55,554 nucleotides of DNA, from contig CANQFS010000005.1 of NCBI GenBank assembly GCA_947599825.1, forward strand, positions 1-55,554, given 5' to 3'. Below are positions 52,312-55,554 of the stretch, in pieces (within the stretch, counting starts at the first letter, position 1; each line of letters starts with the position of its first letter). The notes under the pieces were generated by a model, which was not told the origin of the DNA, did no database searches, and saw only the letters and a list, made by a program, of their open reading frames with translations. The stretch is from an uncultured Clostridia bacterium. Its GTDB lineage: Bacteria > Bacillota > Clostridia > TANB77 > CAG-508. The position numbers were made by a program, and so were the translations under genes.

Positions 52312-53521
52312 ATTTTACTATTCTATTTATTGCTTCTATTGTATTTTCACGACTTCCAAAAGCTGTTAGTCTAAAATATCCTTCTCCACTTGGTCCAAAT
52401 CCTGAGCCTGGCGTTCCTACTATATTTTTTTCTTCTAATAATTTATCAAAGAACTCCCAAGATGTCATTCCTTCTGGTACTTTGAGCCAAATATATGGTG
52501 CATTTTTTCCTCCATATATTGTATAACCTGCTTTTTCTAATCCTTCTCTTATAATTCTAGCATTTTCCATATAATAAGCAATATTTTCTTTTATTTGTTT
52601 TTGTCCTTCTTCTGTATATACTGCTTCTGCTGCTTTTTGTGTAATATATGGTACTCCATTAAATTTCGTACATTGCCTACGATTCCATAGAGCATTTAAT
52701 GAAACTTCTCCTATTTTTAATGCTTTTGGAACTACAGTATAAGCACAACGAACTCCAGTGAAGCCTGCTGTTTTTGAAAAACTTCTAAATTCGATGGCAA
52801 CTTCTTTTGCGCCTTCTATTTCATAAATGCTATGTGGTACATTTTCTTCTGAAATGTATGCCTCATAAGCAGAATCGAATAAAATAACGCAACCATTTTC
52901 TTTGGCATATTTTACCCATTTTGTTAGTTGCTCTTTGTTTAAGACTGTTCCTGTTGGATTGTTTGGAAAGCATAAATAAATCATATCTACTTTTTCTTTT
53001 GGTAGTTCTGGTTCAAATCCATTTTCTGCAGTTGCTGGCATATAAACTACTTTTTCAAATTTTCCTGTATTTTTATCAAATGAGCCTGTTCTTCCTGCCA
53101 TGACATTAGAGTCTAAATATACAGGATATACTGGGTCTGTAATGGCTATTATATTATCAGTTGAAAATAATTCTTGAATATTGCCTGTATCGCATTTTGC
53201 TCCATCAGAAATAAAAATTTCGTCTTTTTCTATAGAGATTCCTATTTTGTGGTAATCCCACTCTACAATTTTTTCTCTTAAAAAGTCATAGCCTTGTTCT
53301 GGTCCATAACCTTTAAATGTTTCTTTTCTTCCCATTTCGTCAGTTGCTTCATGAATTGCTTGTATTATTTTGGGTGCAATAGGAAGTGTAACATCTCCTA
53401 TTCCTAATTTTATCACTTTTTTATCTGGATTTTTTGTTTGAAAGTCTGCTACTTTCTTTGCAATTGTTGAAAATAAATAACTATCTTGTAGTTTTAAATA
53501 ATTTTCATTTATTTTAATCAT
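52310..53521 (-). CDS. dapL: LL-diaminopimelate aminotransferase
   Basis: [36 protein letters not shown] and [16 protein letters not shown] motifs. Confidence 0.96.
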   Translation of the reverse strand: MIKINENYLKLQDSYLFSTIAKKVADFQTKNPDKKVIKLGIGDVTLPIAPKIIQAIHEATDEMGRKETFKGYGPEQGYDFLREKIVEWDYHKIGISIEKDEIFISDGAKCDTGNIQELFSTDNIIAITDPVYPVYLDSNVMAGRTGSFDKNTGKFEKVVYMPATAENGFEPELPKEKVDMIYLCFPNNPTGTVLNKEQLTKWVKYAKENGCVILFDSAYEAYISEENVPHSIYEIEGAKEVAIEFRSFSKTAGFTGVRCAYTVVPKALKIGEVSLNALWNRRQCTKFNGVPYITQKAAEAVYTEEGQKQIKENIAYYMENARIIREGLEKAGYTIYGGKNAPYIWLKVPEGMTSWEFFDKLLEEKNIVGTPGSGFGPSGEGYFRLTAFGSRENTIEAINRIVK

Positions 53522-53560
53522 TGTTTTCTTTCCTTTATTTTATATTTAGGTTTTTTTAAC

Positions 53561-53746
53561 CATTTATTTTATGTTCCGTTTTTTTCATTATGGCTTTTAT
53601 AAATCATTTATTTCATATTCCGTTTTTTTCATTATGGTTTTTATAAATCATTTATTTCATATTCCGTTTTTTTCATTATGGCTTTTATAAATCATTTATT
53701 TCATATTCCGTTTTTTTCATTATGGCTTTACCTATAAACCATTTAT
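53561..53746. repeat. 44-bp tandem repeat, 4 copies
   Basis: CATTTATTTCATATTCCGTTTTTTTCATTATGGCTTTTATAAAT starting at 53561, 53605, 53649 and 53693. Confidence 0.9.
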
Positions 53747-53747
53747 T

Positions 53748-54600
53748 TTAATATTGTGACTCTAATTCTCCTTCAAAAACAGTTGTTGCAGGTCCTGTCA
53801 TGTAAACGTGATTGTCGTTTTGGTTCCATTCTATTTCTAATTTTCCACCTAATAGTTCTACTATTACTTTTCTTTCTGTTATATTATTTAAAATACTTGC
53901 AACAACAGATGCACAAGCACCTGTTCCACAGGCTAGGGTTTCACCAGAACCTCTTTCCCACACTCTCATCTTAAGATGATTTTTATCTACTTTTTCAATG
54001 AATTCTACATTGGTTCTTTTTGGAAATTCTTTACTTGTTTCTATAATTGGACCATAAGTTTCTATTTTAAAATCTGATACATTATCAATATATGTAATAG
54101 CATGCGGATTTCCCATAGATACGCAAGTAAATTTAAATGTTTTGTCTAGTGCTTTTATTTCTAAATTTTTTACAATTTTTTCGTTTGAAATAACTGGAAT
54201 TTTAGTTGGCTCTAATATTGGCTCTCCCATATCTACTCTAACTGTTTCTACTTTTCCTTCTTTTACATTTAATTTTAAAATTTTAATTCCTGCTAAAGTT
54301 TCAACAGTGATAGTGTCTTTATTGGTTAGCCCTTTGTCATAAACGAATTTTCCGTACACATCTAATGCCATTTCCACACATTTCCGCCTCTGTTCCATCG
54401 TAGTTAAACATTCTCATTTTAAAATCTGCTATATTACTTTTGCAAATTAAAATTAGTCCGTCAGAACCAACGCCAAAATGTCGGTTACTAACAAAGCGAG
54501 CTAGGTCAGACACGTTTTCTATTTCTTGCCCATTTGCATAGCAATCCATATAAACATAATCATTTCCTAGCCCATGCATTTTTGTAAATTTTCTTTTCAT
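53748..54600 (-). CDS. dapF: Diaminopimelate epimerase; needs +1 shift at CGGA 54354-54351
   Basis: [11 protein letters not shown] and [10 protein letters not shown]|GKFVYD split across frames; SMGNPH and [19 protein letters not shown] in the second frame. Confidence 0.92.
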
Positions 54601-54779
54601 TTTATAATCTTCCTTCCTCAAGGTGTGGAATTGTTAAAATAACTTTCCTTACCTCTTAATAGGTACTAATAGTAAAATAAAATGTAATTACATTTTATTG
54701 TTTTCTATTGTATCATATGCTCTTTTTAAAAGCAATAGAAAAATTTTTATAAAAGTTGCATAAAATTTTAAAATAAGTA

Positions 54780-54808
54780 TTGACATTTATTTTAAAATTT
54801 AGTATACT
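54780..54808 (+). promoter_or_regulatory. SigmaA promoter of the tRNA operon
   Basis: TTGACA-N17-TATACT, 20 bp before tRNA-Val. Confidence 0.85.
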
Positions 54809-54828
54809 TAATTTCGTCGAAAGAAAAT

Positions 54829-54904
54829 GGTCGCTTAGCTCAGCTGGGAGAGCATCTGCCTTACAAGCAGGGGGTCATAGGTTCGAGCCCTATAGCGACC
54901 ACCA
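54829..54904 (+). tRNA. tRNA-Val (TAC)
   Basis: GGTCGCTTAGCTCAGCTGGGAGAGC...CTGC CT TAC AA GCAG...GGTTCGAGCCC...ACCA. Confidence 0.96.
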
Positions 54905-54917
54905 TTTTTTTATTTAC

Positions 54918-54994
54918 GGCCTGGTAGTTCAGTTGGTTAGAACGCTAGCCTGTCACGCTAGAGGTCGACGGTTCGAGCCCGTTCCAGGTCGCCA
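54918..54994 (+). tRNA. tRNA-Asp (GTC)
   Basis: GGCCTGGTAGTTCAGTTGGTTAGAAC...CTAGC CT GTC AC GCTAG...GGTTCGAGCCC...GCCA. Confidence 0.96.
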
Positions 54995-55013
54995 TTTTTT
55001 TATTTATATTTTT

Positions 55014-55089
55014 GCTTCGATAGCTCAGTTGGTAGAGCAAGGGACTGAAAATCCCTGTGTCAGTGGTTCGATTCCACTTCGAAGCACCA
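55014..55089 (+). tRNA. tRNA-Phe (GAA)
   Basis: GCTTCGATAGCTCAGTTGGTAGAGC...GGGA CT GAA AA TCCC...GGTTCGATTCC...ACCA. Confidence 0.96.
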
Positions 55090-55090
55090 A

Positions 55091-55127
55091 AAAAAGTAGC
55101 TATTTCAATAGATTTAGCTGCTTTTTT
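55091..55127. terminator. Bidirectional terminator between the tRNA operon and rpn
   Basis: AAAAAGTAGCTA...TAGCTGCTTTTTT. Confidence 0.65.
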
Positions 55128-55155
55128 ATTTTTAATTTTTAGAATAATAAATATA

Positions 55156-55554
55156 TTATAATTTTTCTACTTCTTCTTTTGTTAATCCTGTTATTTCTGA
55201 TATTTTTTCAATAGACATATTTTCTTGTTTTAATTTTTTTGCTATTTTTATTTCTGTTTCTTTCATTCCGTTCTTTTATCCCGTTCTTTTATCCCGCTCT
55301 TTTTTTCCATCTTCTCTTGCATACCTTAGCCCGCTTTTCTCATCTCTTATTGCTTTTTCTCTTAACTCTGCTACTCTTTTTAATTCTTTATCTTTACTTA
55401 TTTTTTCTAATTCACTCATTGCTTCTTTTATTTCTTCGTTCTCATTCATTATTTTTGATACCTCACTTTCGTTAGGATTATCTAAAAACATTACCCATTG
55501 TGCCAATTTATTATTTGGGTCTTTTTTTAGTATCTCCCTTGCTTTTGGTATCTC
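55156..55554 (-). CDS. 3' part of an Rpn/PD-(D/E)XK nuclease-family putative transposase (truncated by window edge); needs three +1 shifts at CGGN
   Basis: EIPKA..LAQWVMFLDNP..EEIKEAMSELEKIS.D..RE KAIRDE, then after the shifts EDGKKEGIKEGIKEGMKE..IAKKLKQENMSIEKISEITGLTKEEVEKL*. Confidence 0.85.

Noticed and set aside
53561-53746. Possible CRISPR array
   Set aside because: Units are contiguous with no unique spacers, and there are no cas genes in the window.
11379-54600. Treating recD2, rbgA, DUF368 and dapF as ordinary pseudogenes
   Set aside because: Each has exactly one lesion of identical type and no other visible decay; random pseudogenisation would not give this pattern. An artefact is not fully excluded without reads.
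54829-55089. A frameshift-suppressor or quadruplet tRNA among the window's tRNAs
   Set aside because: Val, Asp, Phe and the Glu tRNA at 18541 all have normal 7-nt anticodon loops; no Gly or Arg tRNA is present here.
54780-55142. 120-aa ORF; likewise ORF 18485-18736
   Set aside because: They overlap tRNA genes.

Overview
AT-rich, gene-dense chromosomal segment, most likely from a spore-forming Clostridia-like Firmicute (inferred from spoVT, intact pro-sigK, T-box-pheST, ireB-ruvX-DUF1292, cmk-plsC-rpsA, typA, rpsO-pnp, dapF-dapL). It carries four tRNAs, and most genes lie on the minus strand. Accessory content: a type IV pilin-like protein with a DGR-target-like C-terminus, a KAP NTPase, a DUF262/GmrSD-like pair with a KilA-N remnant, an XRE-Fic gene, an Rpn-family nuclease at the window edge, and several palindromic or tandem repeats. 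Main observation: six recognisable genes (pilin-like, recD2, rbgA, DUF368, dapF, rpn) are interrupted at eight sites by the same lesion. An extra C sits immediately before the Gly codon the family motif predicts, so the zero frame reads CGG and the motif is restored only if CGG-N is read as one Gly (a +1 shift). All four CGGN variants occur, always on the coding strand, with three in a row in rpn. A by-eye scan found no in-frame CGG read as Arg in any recognisable conserved gene; three occur in two short hypothetical ORFs. This points to a pervasive CGG-triggered +1 frameshift or quadruplet-like Gly decoding system. A sequencing or assembly artefact still has to be excluded.
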